Positions 32,675 through 42,726 of a stretch of DNA of 64,000 bases are shown here, piece after piece. A program made the translations under genes and the position numbers. The first letter of the stretch is position 1. Each line of letters opens with the position of its first letter. Under the pieces are notes generated by a model. That model saw nothing but the letters and a program-made list of their open reading frames with translations. It searched no databases and had not been told where the DNA came from. The stretch covers positions 1 to 64,000 of IMG/VR virus record IMGVR_UViG_3300049460_000128; one strand, 5' to 3'.

Positions 32675-33886
32675 TTAAGCTGCTGGTGCTGCTGGTGGCG
32701 TTTGCTCTGGTGCCGCCGCTGGAGTTGCCGCCGCTGGTTTAGGCTTTGCCGGTGCTTTGGGCTTTGCTGCTGGGGCAGGGGCGGGAGTGCGTTTCTTGTA
32801 ATCGTTGAAGGCAGTCTGCATTACCTTACGAGCCAATTCCTGTACCTCAGGATCGGTCGCAGTAACCTGACTGCCTAGATTGGTGCCAGCCGGGAACGCA
32901 TTCATGAGTTCTTTGTCACGATCACTAAACTGAATATCAACACCAGGTGCCGCTGTGCCAGGCTGTTGATTTGCTGCTGGTTGTGCTGGGGCAGCCGCAG
33001 GTTGCGGTGTTGTCGCGGCTGCTGGTGCGGGTGTTTGTGCCTCGCCTGGTGACGATCCAGGAAGTGGCTTACGAGTGACTGGAGCAGCTTGTGCAGGTGA
33101 TTCTTGTTCGGGAGCAGCTTGTTGTGCTGGAGCCGGTTGAGCCTGTGTTGGTTGTTGCGTATTCGAAGACGAACTGGTTGGAGTAATATCAACAGTTTTT
33201 TGAGCTGCTGATTTTGCTTCACCAGATTTCAAAGCACGTTTTGCCAACTGATCGAAGAATTTACGCAGTTCAGAATCTTGAACCACGTCTTCCATTACCG
33301 TTTCAATACTTTCACGAGTAGCTTTCTTGGCCTGAAGCTTGTTCTTCATAGCGATCTGATCTTTGATCTTCTGATCATTCGCTTTGGTGGTGTCATTCTT
33401 AGCCGCCGCATCTTTCTGTGCTTGCGATTGCGGAAATGGTTTACGGGTAGTTTGTTGGGCTGGCTTAGCACTTGCACGGGCGTCACGTGCTTTTTGTGCG
33501 GCAGCATCCAAGTGATCGTTCGCCGATTTTGGTGCTTCAGCGGCAGGAGCTTGACCTGGTGCATTGGCTTGTGGGGCTGCACCATTTGCCGGCCCTACTG
33601 ACGGCGCAATGAACTTTTTCAGTTCGGCGGTTTCGGTAGAGGTAAAGTCTTGGCTGAAACCCATTTTACCCATGAATTGAGTAAAGTTTTGTGCATCGAG
33701 TGGTGAATCAGTTGAGGCTGACCATTCTTTCCATTGCTGGAACATAGCATCACTCAACAGACTGGCCGAAAGCTTGCCCTTAGCAGCGCCACTACCAAGG
33801 GCACCAGCTGCCGCATACGCGCCTTGTTTGGCTTTGGTTACAAGCGAATCCCAAAAGCCTTCAAACAGGATGTGTTCATTTGTCAT
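32675..33886 (-). CDS. Pro/Ala/Gln-rich probable virion protein
   Basis: Start MTNEHILFEG; low-complexity linkers. Confidence 0.7.
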   Translation of the reverse strand: MTNEHILFEGFWDSLVTKAKQGAYAAAGALGSGAAKGKLSASLLSDAMFQQWKEWSASTDSPLDAQNFTQFMGKMGFSQDFTSTETAELKKFIAPSVGPANGAAPQANAPGQAPAAEAPKSANDHLDAAAQKARDARASAKPAQQTTRKPFPQSQAQKDAAAKNDTTKANDQKIKDQIAMKNKLQAKKATRESIETVMEDVVQDSELRKFFDQLAKRALKSGEAKSAAQKTVDITPTSSSSNTQQPTQAQPAPAQQAAPEQESPAQAAPVTRKPLPGSSPGEAQTPAPAAATTPQPAAAPAQPAANQQPGTAAPGVDIQFSDRDKELMNAFPAGTNLGSQVTATDPEVQELARKVMQTAFNDYKKRTPAPAPAAKPKAPAKPKPAAATPAAAPEQTPPAAPAA

Positions 33887-34133
33887 TCTTTGGTTCTCTG
33901 ATTTGACGAATTTTACGGCAGAATTTCTCCGTGTCATCGTTCTTGATTGCACTGAGCAATCGTTTGGTTAAGTCGTCTGCTGTTTCTTTATCGAAACTGT
34001 CTTCCACCAGTTTTATCAAATGGCGAGCACTGGCGATTACTTGTTGCGCACGACCTTCGATAAAGGTGTTTTTGTTTTTGGTAGGCACATAGGTGTTGAG
34101 TTCGTCAACTATGCTTTTGAACTGTTTGTCCAT
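33876..34133 (-). CDS. conserved hypothetical protein
   Basis: IEGRAQQVIASA...RLLSAIK. Confidence 0.75.
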   Translation of the reverse strand: MDKQFKSIVDELNTYVPTKNKNTFIEGRAQQVIASARHLIKLVEDSFDKETADDLTKRLLSAIKNDDTEKFCRKIRQIREPKNDK

Positions 34134-34135
34134 TT

Positions 34136-34402
34136 TTAGCCTCTTAATCTTTCAAGCAAATTTTCAATCATTTCGGCTGCGCGGGACATTCCTGACTCTA
34201 CACCATCAGCAAACTCCCCAGGTTCCGGGTCACGGTAGCTGCGGAGTTTGAAGATGAGTGATCGGATCTGTTCGTCAACTTCAGAATCCAATACTGGTAC
34301 TGAAGCCTCAGTAATCATGATATCCTCGCGAACGATTTGTTCATTTTCGGTAAGCATGATACTGGCAATCTCAATAAAGTTTCTGATTTTTTCGTTGTTC
34401 AT
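34136..34402 (-). CDS. hypothetical protein
   Basis: TAAATA upstream. Confidence 0.7.
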   Translation of the reverse strand: MNNEKIRNFIEIASIMLTENEQIVREDIMITEASVPVLDSEVDEQIRSLIFKLRSYRDPEPGEFADGVESGMSRAAEMIENLLERLRG

Positions 34403-34466
34403 CCGAATTAAAGCAAGGGTTTATGGTCTATTTATGAAGTAATAAACCACGTAATAACTGCTACTA

Positions 34467-35897
34467 TTACTTATTGCGTACCTTGTTCAGGATGTCCATC
34501 ATGTTAGCCCTTACTGCACTCGACTGTGGCATAGGAGCCGTGCCTGCACTTGTGGCTGGCGTATTGGCTACCTGACTCTTTTGTTTCAAGTCTTTGGTAA
34601 TGTCCGCATTCGACTTCACTTCCGTGATATCACGATCTGGATCTGGATCAGTAATCCGCAATGTACGTTGATCGAAGCCCAGTTCAATACGATGGCCCAC
34701 ACATGAAGCTGAACGTGCTTTCAATACTTGCAACTGATACTCACCGCGTTCCTTCATAGCCATACTGGTGTAGATACCAAACACGTTGTCGGCGGTGTTG
34801 ATCTTGGAAATACCACCAGCAATGTGGCTGTGATCAAACTCTTGAGCCTCAACGGAGGCACGATTCAGCTGAGATGCGGTGGCGAACAGCAAGTTGTATT
34901 CACTCGCCAGTGCGCGCAATTCTTCAGCCACGAATTTATCTTTGACGAACATGTCAGACGGATTGATCTTCGCATTGTTGGGATACATCAAATCCAGGTA
35001 ATCGCAGATCACAGCAGTAGGTCGAACCCCAGTTTGAATTTCGTATTCTTTCAGATAGGCTCTGAGTTCGTTGGTAGTAGTACCAGCTTCACTCATCTTC
35101 TTGATCTTGAGGTCACCAGCTTTCTTACCGGCCATACGCACCTTGAGGTCAACCTCATCAATCTTGCGGAATACTTCCTTGGTACCATATCCAGAAACCA
35201 TACTATCCAGACGAGCAGCAACCAGGTTTTCGGCCAACTCAAGCGAGAAGTAGATCACGGTATGACCCATGAATGACCAGTTCAATGCTAAGTTTTGCAG
35301 GAACAAACTCTTACCTGAGCCTGAACCACCAGCGAAGATATTGAGTGCGCCTTTGGTGAAGCCACCATACAGTTTGTCGTCGATTGCTTTCCAGCCTGTA
35401 GAAACCATATCACTACGGTCCAATACTTGTTGGATACGAGTTTTTGGATCATCAAAGTAGCTAGTACCAAGATCAGTCGTAAGCGTGATCGTCAGTGCTT
35501 CTTTGAGCTTGGCTTCATATTCGGCATAACGACCTTCAGTGATGAGATCTGCTGCCTCAAATGACACGTTTTCGATTGCTCGGTGTCGGCAGAAGCCTTC
35601 AATCTCAGCCATAAACCATTCTGAGTGTTGAGGTTGAATATCTTGCACGAGATCAATTGCAACTTTGGTCTCAGCTTTGACTTGATCCGCAGTTGGCAAC
35701 GATCGATACTCGTCGCTGAAGCTCATGATATATCGGACAGCTGGCTTCAGACGATCGTGGAAGTATTCATCTTTGATGATGGATCGCGCCCGGATGAACG
35801 AATTGGGATCGCTCATCATGAAATTCAAGTACAGGGCTTGCAAATCAAGGTCATAGTTCTTGACTTGCTCGCGTTTATTTTTATTGTTTTCGCTCAT
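34467..35897 (-). CDS. replicative DNA helicase (T4 gp41/DnaB-like)
   Basis: GGSGSGKS, SLEL, DYLDL, TASQLNR, KAR. Confidence 0.93.
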   Translation of the reverse strand: MSENNKNKREQVKNYDLDLQALYLNFMMSDPNSFIRARSIIKDEYFHDRLKPAVRYIMSFSDEYRSLPTADQVKAETKVAIDLVQDIQPQHSEWFMAEIEGFCRHRAIENVSFEAADLITEGRYAEYEAKLKEALTITLTTDLGTSYFDDPKTRIQQVLDRSDMVSTGWKAIDDKLYGGFTKGALNIFAGGSGSGKSLFLQNLALNWSFMGHTVIYFSLELAENLVAARLDSMVSGYGTKEVFRKIDEVDLKVRMAGKKAGDLKIKKMSEAGTTTNELRAYLKEYEIQTGVRPTAVICDYLDLMYPNNAKINPSDMFVKDKFVAEELRALASEYNLLFATASQLNRASVEAQEFDHSHIAGGISKINTADNVFGIYTSMAMKERGEYQLQVLKARSASCVGHRIELGFDQRTLRITDPDPDRDITEVKSNADITKDLKQKSQVANTPATSAGTAPMPQSSAVRANMMDILNKVRNK

Positions 35898-36914
35898 TTA
35901 TTTCATCTTTTTTCTTGCTAAATTTATTCTCAACTTGTTGTCAGTCGCGCTATCAATTATGGTTCGTACCGTGTATAACTGGCCATATTTGATTACAGCA
36001 TCGTTGGCGTCCTTTACTTCGTCATCCCATTCTGGGAAACTGACCATCCAGTCATGCTTCAATGCCAAGTCAACCATTTTTTGTCCTGCCTCATCTCGGT
36101 CGGGAAGGACGATGATTTGCTTGCCTGTGTCTTTAAGCCAGTATGCCTGTTGATCTGAAAGCTTTGCACCTTGTGTGGATACTGCATCTATGGCCAGTGC
36201 GTCAAACTGACCCTCGACCAGAACAATAAATTTCCGGTCTTTGTACATGTTGATGTTGTTGAACAGAAAATGGCCTGGTGTATTAGTCATATAGCGCGGC
36301 AGTATCGTGCTATCGATTGCTCGTCCGGTCCAACCAACTATTTTGTTTCTCCAGTAGAATGGTATAATCAACCTACGATTCATACTATTAGTTTTATCAG
36401 GACTCCAATAAAACTCATTGTTACCAAAAACGTGATCGCCACGTGTCATCGCGTAACTGACCACATCCAAGAAATCTGAATCTTCGCATTCCATTGATGC
36501 CCATTGGCTGATTGGCATTGCATCGGCGGGCAATTCAAGTTCAACAAAATTCGGAATGAAGATAGGGCTTTCGCGTTCGATAGCCCCTTCAAAATTTTGT
36601 GATAATTGCCACGCGGTGAAATTCAGCTGTTTGATTTCAAGATCATTCGCGCCAATGTTCTTCAAAAAATGTCTAATGCCCGTACCTATACGAGAACCAG
36701 GCGTCCATCGGCTTTTGAAACCACAATTGAAACAGTTGATAGAAATTGAACCATCGGCAAAGGTCCTAATACCACAGCGCTTCTTGGTATCAGGGCGTGC
36801 TTCGCCTCGGGATAAACACATTGGGCAGTCAATATTGACTGATCCATTAGGTGAGCGTTTTCGCTGACCTGGTAGGAGGTTGATTAGTTTTTGGCTGAGG
36901 AAGTCGTTTTGCAT
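35898..36914 (-). CDS. DNA primase (Zn finger + TOPRIM)
   Basis: CPMC...CFNC, IIPF..GWTGR, VEGQFDA, PDRDEAG, KDAND. Confidence 0.9.
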   Translation of the reverse strand: MQNDFLSQKLINLLPGQRKRSPNGSVNIDCPMCLSRGEARPDTKKRCGIRTFADGSISINCFNCGFKSRWTPGSRIGTGIRHFLKNIGANDLEIKQLNFTAWQLSQNFEGAIERESPIFIPNFVELELPADAMPISQWASMECEDSDFLDVVSYAMTRGDHVFGNNEFYWSPDKTNSMNRRLIIPFYWRNKIVGWTGRAIDSTILPRYMTNTPGHFLFNNINMYKDRKFIVLVEGQFDALAIDAVSTQGAKLSDQQAYWLKDTGKQIIVLPDRDEAGQKMVDLALKHDWMVSFPEWDDEVKDANDAVIKYGQLYTVRTIIDSATDNKLRINLARKKMK

Positions 36915-36982
36915 AATTGATAAGTCTCTAAGGACATGATACGTAGCAGTACCAGTTCTATCAATTTATAAAACGACTTGAT

Positions 36983-37795
36983 TCAGTTCTTGAAGAGCAC
37001 CTTGCTAACGGTGCCCGTATTTGTTGGGTCTGGAATATAGATGAAGCGCACCCACATGAGGCTTCCCTGGAAAGTCATAGCTGTGATACCGGAGACTTGG
37101 TCCAAGGTGATGTTCGCCCCCTCAACATCAAACCAGCCCATATCATCAGTTGGTAGGCTGTTATCCAGACTAGCCTGCACTTTGAACAAGCCCTTAAAGT
37201 TCTGGCTATAAATAGCAACTGTGTGCTGACCCGCACGATTGTCACGTTGGGCGGCTCCTGGTGTGCCGCCTGATACTCGGTAAGGAATACCCGATACTGG
37301 TTGATTGGTTACGCCATATGTTTGATGGGCAAACTGATCATCACCAATCTCGTAGATGTTGTTTGGGGGTGGTAGTGGGCCAGCCTTTACTTCCAGAAAG
37401 CCGTACGATGACCGATTCTGGTCGCAGTAAATAAGGATCTGAGAACCATCTGTTCTCTCAAGTACCAAACTGTATGAGTAGTATGCTTCAGCCCACTCAC
37501 CAATATCAGATGGTGAAATGGTTAAGCGGCAGTGGCCGCGAGCATCGTTGATGACTTGGAGATTTTTTTGCAGTTTGAGGGTTTGGGAATCTGAATCCAC
37601 GACGTACATTACGATCGACTTGTTTGCCAAACTAATTGGCCGACGATCGATATCTTTGAGTAAGAATTCGATTTCATTGGTGACGTTTTTGCTCAGATCG
37701 AAGTCGATGCGGGTTGTGGCGGAGTTGACTCCGGTCGCTCCAGCTCGTGTGATCTGCGTCACTTGCGGTATTTGATAAACAGTAAGACTTGGCAT
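36983..37795 (-). CDS. virion structural protein
   Basis: Beta-rich; TAAATA upstream. Confidence 0.65.
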   Translation of the reverse strand: MPSLTVYQIPQVTQITRAGATGVNSATTRIDFDLSKNVTNEIEFLLKDIDRRPISLANKSIVMYVVDSDSQTLKLQKNLQVINDARGHCRLTISPSDIGEWAEAYYSYSLVLERTDGSQILIYCDQNRSSYGFLEVKAGPLPPPNNIYEIGDDQFAHQTYGVTNQPVSGIPYRVSGGTPGAAQRDNRAGQHTVAIYSQNFKGLFKVQASLDNSLPTDDMGWFDVEGANITLDQVSGITAMTFQGSLMWVRFIYIPDPTNTGTVSKVLFKN

Positions 37796-37875
37796 TGTTG
37801 ACCTCGTTTTTACCTATTTAGCGGAAGCGAAAATTCATTTCACTAAATACACCACGACTATAAGGACTAACCTTC

Positions 37876-38247
37876 ATGAATGAAAAAATACAACAGATCT
37901 TGGATGCGTTTCCGTTCTTGAGTTATGGCGTTTTCGATGGCCGTGACTACTTGGGTATCATCCAAAATTCTGATAACAAACTGCTGTCTATCTATTTACT
38001 AGATATGATCCCAACTGAGGAACTGCGTCAACAATTTCTCAAGTGTGGCGAAGAGTGGTGGTGGTCAAGCAATCGCCAGATTCCGATCAACATCTTTCTG
38101 AAAGATCAGTTTGCAGTTTATCGTCCATACATCAAGCACTTCTCGCGTAAGGACTTCAATCTGGTGCATGGTCATGCCGTAAGCTTGGCTGATACTATTG
38201 CCCGTCGAATCAGAAAGCGTCAGATCACTCTGATCCGTAAGATATAA
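37876..38247 (+). CDS. conserved hypothetical protein
   Basis: FPFLSY...WWWSSNRQIPINIFL; CTAAATAC upstream. Confidence 0.8.
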   Translation: MNEKIQQILDAFPFLSYGVFDGRDYLGIIQNSDNKLLSIYLLDMIPTEELRQQFLKCGEEWWWSSNRQIPINIFLKDQFAVYRPYIKHFSRKDFNLVHGHAVSLADTIARRIRKRQITLIRKI

Positions 38248-38272
38248 TAATGGCACCTTAGGGTGCCATTTT

Positions 38273-38461
38273 TTATGGAAGGGGACAGCCCAACAGCTTG
38301 ATCTTTATTGCCGTCCAATCATCCTCGACTCTGATGTGCCATGAATTAATGTGGCTGTCAGTGATGGGCGGAATGAATTTGAATGGAATTTGATGCTGCC
38401 ATAACCAGTTCCGTACATCCTCGCGTGCGATCCATCCTGAACCAATATTGATGTCGGTCAT
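38273..38461 (-). CDS. small hypothetical protein
   Basis: ATGA overlap; ends DDWTAIKIKL. Confidence 0.55.
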   Translation of the reverse strand: MTDINIGSGWIAREDVRNWLWQHQIPFKFIPPITDSHINSWHIRVEDDWTAIKIKLLGCPLP

Positions 38462-38664
38462 TGATGTAGTTTGAACGGTACATGTTCGACCGTTGCTCCC
38501 CATGCTATTTTAAACATAGTTGCCAAATTCTCATCTGGAATGTCAATCGTTAACCAGCCATGCCATGGAATAAGGGTATAGTCAGTATCGAGAAAATTTA
38601 CAGCCAGCCATGTGTGAATTTCTTGTATAGTTTCAAATGTTCGTATGACCACCTTAAAGATCAT
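38458..38664 (-). CDS. small FxLxW-family protein
   Basis: DENLATMFKIAWG. Confidence 0.65.
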   Translation of the reverse strand: MIFKVVIRTFETIQEIHTWLAVNFLDTDYTLIPWHGWLTIDIPDENLATMFKIAWGATVEHVPFKLHQ

Positions 38665-39064
38665 ACGAACCTCGATAGTAGCCTCGATTCAAGGCAAAAC
38701 ACACCAAATAGTTGTCGGCGTCTCGTTGATCATCAAATGACACCAACATCTCACGTTCCATATGCCAATGATGGGACTGTGCGTTCAATTCTATATTCCA
38801 TCTTGCCGTACAGTTATCCGCGCACCAGTCAATCGTACTATGAATGAATGACTCTTTCTGCACATCATCACTAACAAACGGTTGGGTGACGATTTGGCAA
38901 GCCTTATCGGACCATAACGCAAAACGTCCTGCATTCAATTCCAACTCATTGTCAGCCAAATACATGACTGGCCGCATGAACATATAGCCATTGTACATAC
39001 CACCAATAGCTCTGAGCATTTTACGTTTCGGCAACACTTCAAAGTACGATACCACGTCACTCAT
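38654..39064 (-). CDS. hypothetical protein
   Basis: DWCADNC..RW...FDDQRDA. Confidence 0.65.
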   Translation of the reverse strand: MSDVVSYFEVLPKRKMLRAIGGMYNGYMFMRPVMYLADNELELNAGRFALWSDKACQIVTQPFVSDDVQKESFIHSTIDWCADNCTARWNIELNAQSHHWHMEREMLVSFDDQRDADNYLVCFALNRGYYRGSYDL

Positions 39065-39645
39065 TTTTTGCTCCATGATTTTTCAACAATGGCATTCAGT
39101 TGGACAACAATTGATACCGCATAGGCAACCGCATGGGCCTTCTTGTAGTGATAGCTACCATCAGATGGTCGCTCCCATATTTCGGCATCAATTTCTGCAC
39201 GAGATTTATGTAACAGATGGCGCTTGGCAGGGCGAATCAATGCCAACACCACTGACAAATCTTCAACTGATTTTGGCTTAATGATATTAACGATATCGAA
39301 GTGGCTATGGATGTGGACTAACATCGAAACAATGTCTGGATCATCCAGCAACTCCCATGTTGGCTCCATGGCCAGTAATGTCTCCAGGTGTTCTGAATCT
39401 CGAATGTCGGTGTAAACCGTATTGTTGATGAAGTCCATCTTGAAGTATCCCATATCTTCAGCTTTGAGGTATGTGATACTGGCTTGATCTGTCAGTGGGT
39501 CGACTGGGATATTATGGAAGTACACCCCAGTATTATGTCGTGTGACTTTGCCCTGATGCGACATGGTGGCTGGGATATGTGGCAAAACGCTCAAGGCCGC
39601 GTTGCGGTCCTTGAGATCTATATCGATGTCAGTTTTGAGGGTCAT
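39061..39645 (-). CDS. miniature DnaE (Pol III alpha)-like protein
   Basis: DIDID, HNTGVY, GYFKMDF, LALIRP, YKKAHAVAYA. Confidence 0.8.
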   Translation of the reverse strand: MTLKTDIDIDLKDRNAALSVLPHIPATMSHQGKVTRHNTGVYFHNIPVDPLTDQASITYLKAEDMGYFKMDFINNTVYTDIRDSEHLETLLAMEPTWELLDDPDIVSMLVHIHSHFDIVNIIKPKSVEDLSVVLALIRPAKRHLLHKSRAEIDAEIWERPSDGSYHYKKAHAVAYAVSIVVQLNAIVEKSWSKK

Positions 39646-40126
39646 TCTTGTCAGTGTTGTCAACTACAATTTTAAGACCAGATTTTGGCGCAGCAGGCAA
39701 GGCCAGCATTTGCTTGCGATCCGAAATCATGGAAATATTGAACTCGAAGCTTAGTTCATTGGAGTTGATACGCATCACGCGCATTTGATCCACTGCTGCT
39801 CCGGTTCTCAATTGTATGCAATAGGCCAAGCCCATCAATAAAAAGTACAGGCTTTGGATCAAAGGATTGTTTTCGTCAAAGTGTTCTTTAGCTTTGACCT
39901 TGTTGTCGCGTGATGAAAAGACAGTCAGGATCAGCATCTTGAAGTGCGCAGGTTCAAGTTTACTCCAGGTATCCTTACCAGCAAAGATATCCCATGCTTG
40001 TAGTTCAGTCAAGAGCGGATCTGTACTTTTCCATTTGTCAATCACTGTTTTAAATTGTGATTCATTGAACATCAGGGATGATCGTTTGTTGATAACGTAG
40101 TCATCGATTATGCAACTGGTTGCCAT
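39629..40126 (-). CDS. hypothetical protein
   Basis: AAGGAG RBS; C-term LKIVVDN. Confidence 0.7.
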   Translation of the reverse strand: MATSCIIDDYVINKRSSLMFNESQFKTVIDKWKSTDPLLTELQAWDIFAGKDTWSKLEPAHFKMLILTVFSSRDNKVKAKEHFDENNPLIQSLYFLLMGLAYCIQLRTGAAVDQMRVMRINSNELSFEFNISMISDRKQMLALPAAPKSGLKIVVDNTDKNDPQN

Positions 40127-40134
40127 AAATCTCC

Positions 40135-40467
40135 TTATAGTTTGTCAATTTTGTTATCCAGCTCACGTGCCAGCTTCGTGATATGGTTTGACATCTTGGT
40201 AAGTGCCAATTTCAATTGGCGATTTTCACTGGCTAGCTGATTTACACGAGTTTTCAACGAATCAACTTCCTTGGATATTTCCTGAACATGACCCACCGTC
40301 GGAACAGCAATCGCTTGTTTGTTGATCTTGATGATCGTCACATTGCGACGTGGTTCCAAGCTTTGCTCGTTTACTTGAATCCGTTCTTGGACTTTTTCAA
40401 CTATCTTTTTAGCACCGTCACCACTAAACATAGCAGCAACAATGCGTGAGTCATTTTTGTCAGTCAT
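40135..40467 (-). CDS. coiled-coil hypothetical protein
   Basis: Heptad pattern in C-terminal half. Confidence 0.7.
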   Translation of the reverse strand: MTDKNDSRIVAAMFSGDGAKKIVEKVQERIQVNEQSLEPRRNVTIIKINKQAIAVPTVGHVQEISKEVDSLKTRVNQLASENRQLKLALTKMSNHITKLARELDNKIDKL

Positions 40468-41195
40468 AAACCTGCTTCCTTTAGAAGTTCTCTGATGAAT
40501 TTCACATCTTCTGGGTGTTCCTTCAATTTGCGATCCCAGAATATTGGGGTGACATATTGTTCGATTAAGACCATTTGTTCTTCGGTCATACGACCCAAAA
40601 GATCCATTGCACTATCGGCGGTGTACAGCAACCATGGGCTCAGTCGGCCAGCGCGTATGAGTGCGGTTGCTGAGTTAGTATTGACCTTGCGGAAGAAATC
40701 GTACCAGGGCTCGTTGTTGTCAGTTTCCCACTGCTTCATAATGAGAATGTTACGTTCGAATGCAGCATCAGCGGGTTCACGCTTGGCCAACTCACGAACA
40801 AACTGCTCATATACAAAACCAGCCTCCCAATTTTTCATGGGGACTTCAGCCTTAACCAAAAACTCCACAAAGGCCTCAGGGTTCAACGCCTGGATTTCAT
40901 GCAAATAACGACCGAACCGAATGAAGCCCGTATAGTGCGGACTATCCATAAAGTCCTGATACGTGCGTGGTTTGTTATTGCGATATGACACCTCGTAAAA
41001 CTTCCGAAACACCAAAAAAGCCATACGTGAATACTTGTCGTCCTTATTTAACCAACGACGTTTCTTCTCACAGATGTGATTCAGCAACGTGGTACTTTTT
41101 GAGAATGACTTATTGCAGAATTCACAAGTGTTTTCCGCATCCTCATTTTTTGGTTTTTCGGGCTTTTTCCGGCTTGCTACCAGTTTCTTTGTCAT
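40464..41195 (-). CDS. C2HC zinc-finger conserved phage protein
   Basis: CEFCNKSF..TTLLNHICE. Confidence 0.75.
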   Translation of the reverse strand: MTKKLVASRKKPEKPKNEDAENTCEFCNKSFSKSTTLLNHICEKKRRWLNKDDKYSRMAFLVFRKFYEVSYRNNKPRTYQDFMDSPHYTGFIRFGRYLHEIQALNPEAFVEFLVKAEVPMKNWEAGFVYEQFVRELAKREPADAAFERNILIMKQWETDNNEPWYDFFRKVNTNSATALIRAGRLSPWLLYTADSAMDLLGRMTEEQMVLIEQYVTPIFWDRKLKEHPEDVKFIRELLKEAGL

Positions 41196-41778
41196 AGGTG
41201 TCGAGGGTGGTTTTAAGCTCGTCGTCTGTGGCGCCGGTGGATTTAACGAAGTTTTCAAAGTCGTCTCGATTCATAGAGTTGATTATCATGTTCAGTTCAT
41301 CATCGTTGGCACTTGGATACCATTGAAGGAAAAACTGTTGTAGCTTACTTATCTTTTTGCGCTGTGACATAGCCAGCCATTGATGCCGTTGAACCTTACC
41401 AGATCCACATGCTGCCATCAATTTCCATTGTAAGTCAGGATAATCTTTCAAGTTCCAGAAGTTGAGGTTCATGATCTCGTTTGTGAGGATCAAGTGATAG
41501 TCGCGCATTGGTGAGCTATCAGCCACTGTACTAAACCAACGCATCGCCACCAAGGGTGAGAATGTACTGGCCATTTCTGGAGTCTGCTGATTCAGGTAAT
41601 CAAGATTCTTCAAGTCTGCATTTTTCATCTCATCAAAGATGTCAAGGCCAGGTTTCTTGGCAGGCTTGGTGCCTTTGTTTTTTCCTACATGATCATCGAA
41701 ATCGAATTCAGAATTGTCAACGGTCCAGCCGGAGAACATAAGATTGTCATTTTCGGACGATGTTGATTTTTCACTCAT
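41143..41778 (-). CDS. putative clamp-loader small subunit (gp62-like)
   Basis: FSPLVAMRWFS...YPDLQWKLM...HQWL; context. Confidence 0.5.
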   Translation of the reverse strand: MSEKSTSSENDNLMFSGWTVDNSEFDFDDHVGKNKGTKPAKKPGLDIFDEMKNADLKNLDYLNQQTPEMASTFSPLVAMRWFSTVADSSPMRDYHLILTNEIMNLNFWNLKDYPDLQWKLMAACGSGKVQRHQWLAMSQRKKISKLQQFFLQWYPSANDDELNMIINSMNRDDFENFVKSTGATDDELKTTLDTYDKETGSKPEKARKTKK

Positions 41779-41914
41779 TTGTCATACTCTATGGGGTGAT
41801 TGAATAAATATTTGTACAAGATACTATGGCAAACATGAGTATCAAAATTGTTGTTCCTGAGTCTCCCAAAAACACAGGTGAAAAAGCCCTTGGTTGGTTC
41901 CAAGGGCTTTTTCT

Positions 41915-42124
41915 TTATAGGACTTTCCACGCATCGAACAATCGTCCATCAGGGTGGTAATACACATAGGCGGTATGTGTATGTTGATAAATCGTGCCCA
42001 ACAGGTCATCTGATCGCGGAAAAGGCCAAGCAGTTTTTGCTCCAGGAGTTACGGGCATAAGCTCATCACCAATACACCATTTCTGTGTGACTCCTGGCTG
42101 AGTCACAATCGTTCCTGGCTTCAT
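41915..42124 (-). CDS. hypothetical protein
   Basis: ATGA overlap. Confidence 0.55.
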   Translation of the reverse strand: MKPGTIVTQPGVTQKWCIGDELMPVTPGAKTAWPFPRSDDLLGTIYQHTHTAYVYYHPDGRLFDAWKVL

Positions 42125-42621
42125 ACAATCTTGGTGATGTCCAGCACTTCAGGCAGTTTGTTGATGTCTTTGACAACGAAGATACACAGCGGTGATTCGC
42201 CATCTTCCAATGGAATAGCCAACACATGCCCATACTTCAGCTTAGGGAAGAACCAGTTTACATCTGGGTAGATGTTGACGATTTGAATGTCAAGGAAATG
42301 TGGCATGTAGCCATCTAACGGGTTATACGCAAAGGCGTCAAACTGACGATCGTTGATGTTTTTGAGTTCCAAAACTTCCATGGCACCAGACTCTTTGTCG
42401 CAGATAACAATGCTCCAATCAAGTGGCAATTGAATGCGATATGGGCCCAACTGCAAGTCAGCAGCAGGGCGTGGGAAGTTGTCAAGGAAGATCAGTGGAA
42501 TCCAGTAGAAGTCAACATCTGCGGGGTCACTGTAATCAAGAACACAATAACGAACATCATCGATCTCGTCGGGAATGTTATTCATTGAAAATGAATTGTT
42601 TGAGGGTAAGAGGATATTCAT
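42121..42621 (-). CDS. conserved hypothetical protein
   Basis: 166-aa ORF next to uvsW. Confidence 0.75.
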   Translation of the reverse strand: MNILLPSNNSFSMNNIPDEIDDVRYCVLDYSDPADVDFYWIPLIFLDNFPRPAADLQLGPYRIQLPLDWSIVICDKESGAMEVLELKNINDRQFDAFAYNPLDGYMPHFLDIQIVNIYPDVNWFFPKLKYGHVLAIPLEDGESPLCIFVVKDINKLPEVLDITKIV

Positions 42622-42726
42622 AGAACCTTTTTGTTATGGTTATGACTTGATATTACTTGAAGTGGTATCAGGTATCAATTTCTACCTGATACAGAAAAGA
42701 AAAAGCCCGGAACTTCCGGGCTTTTA

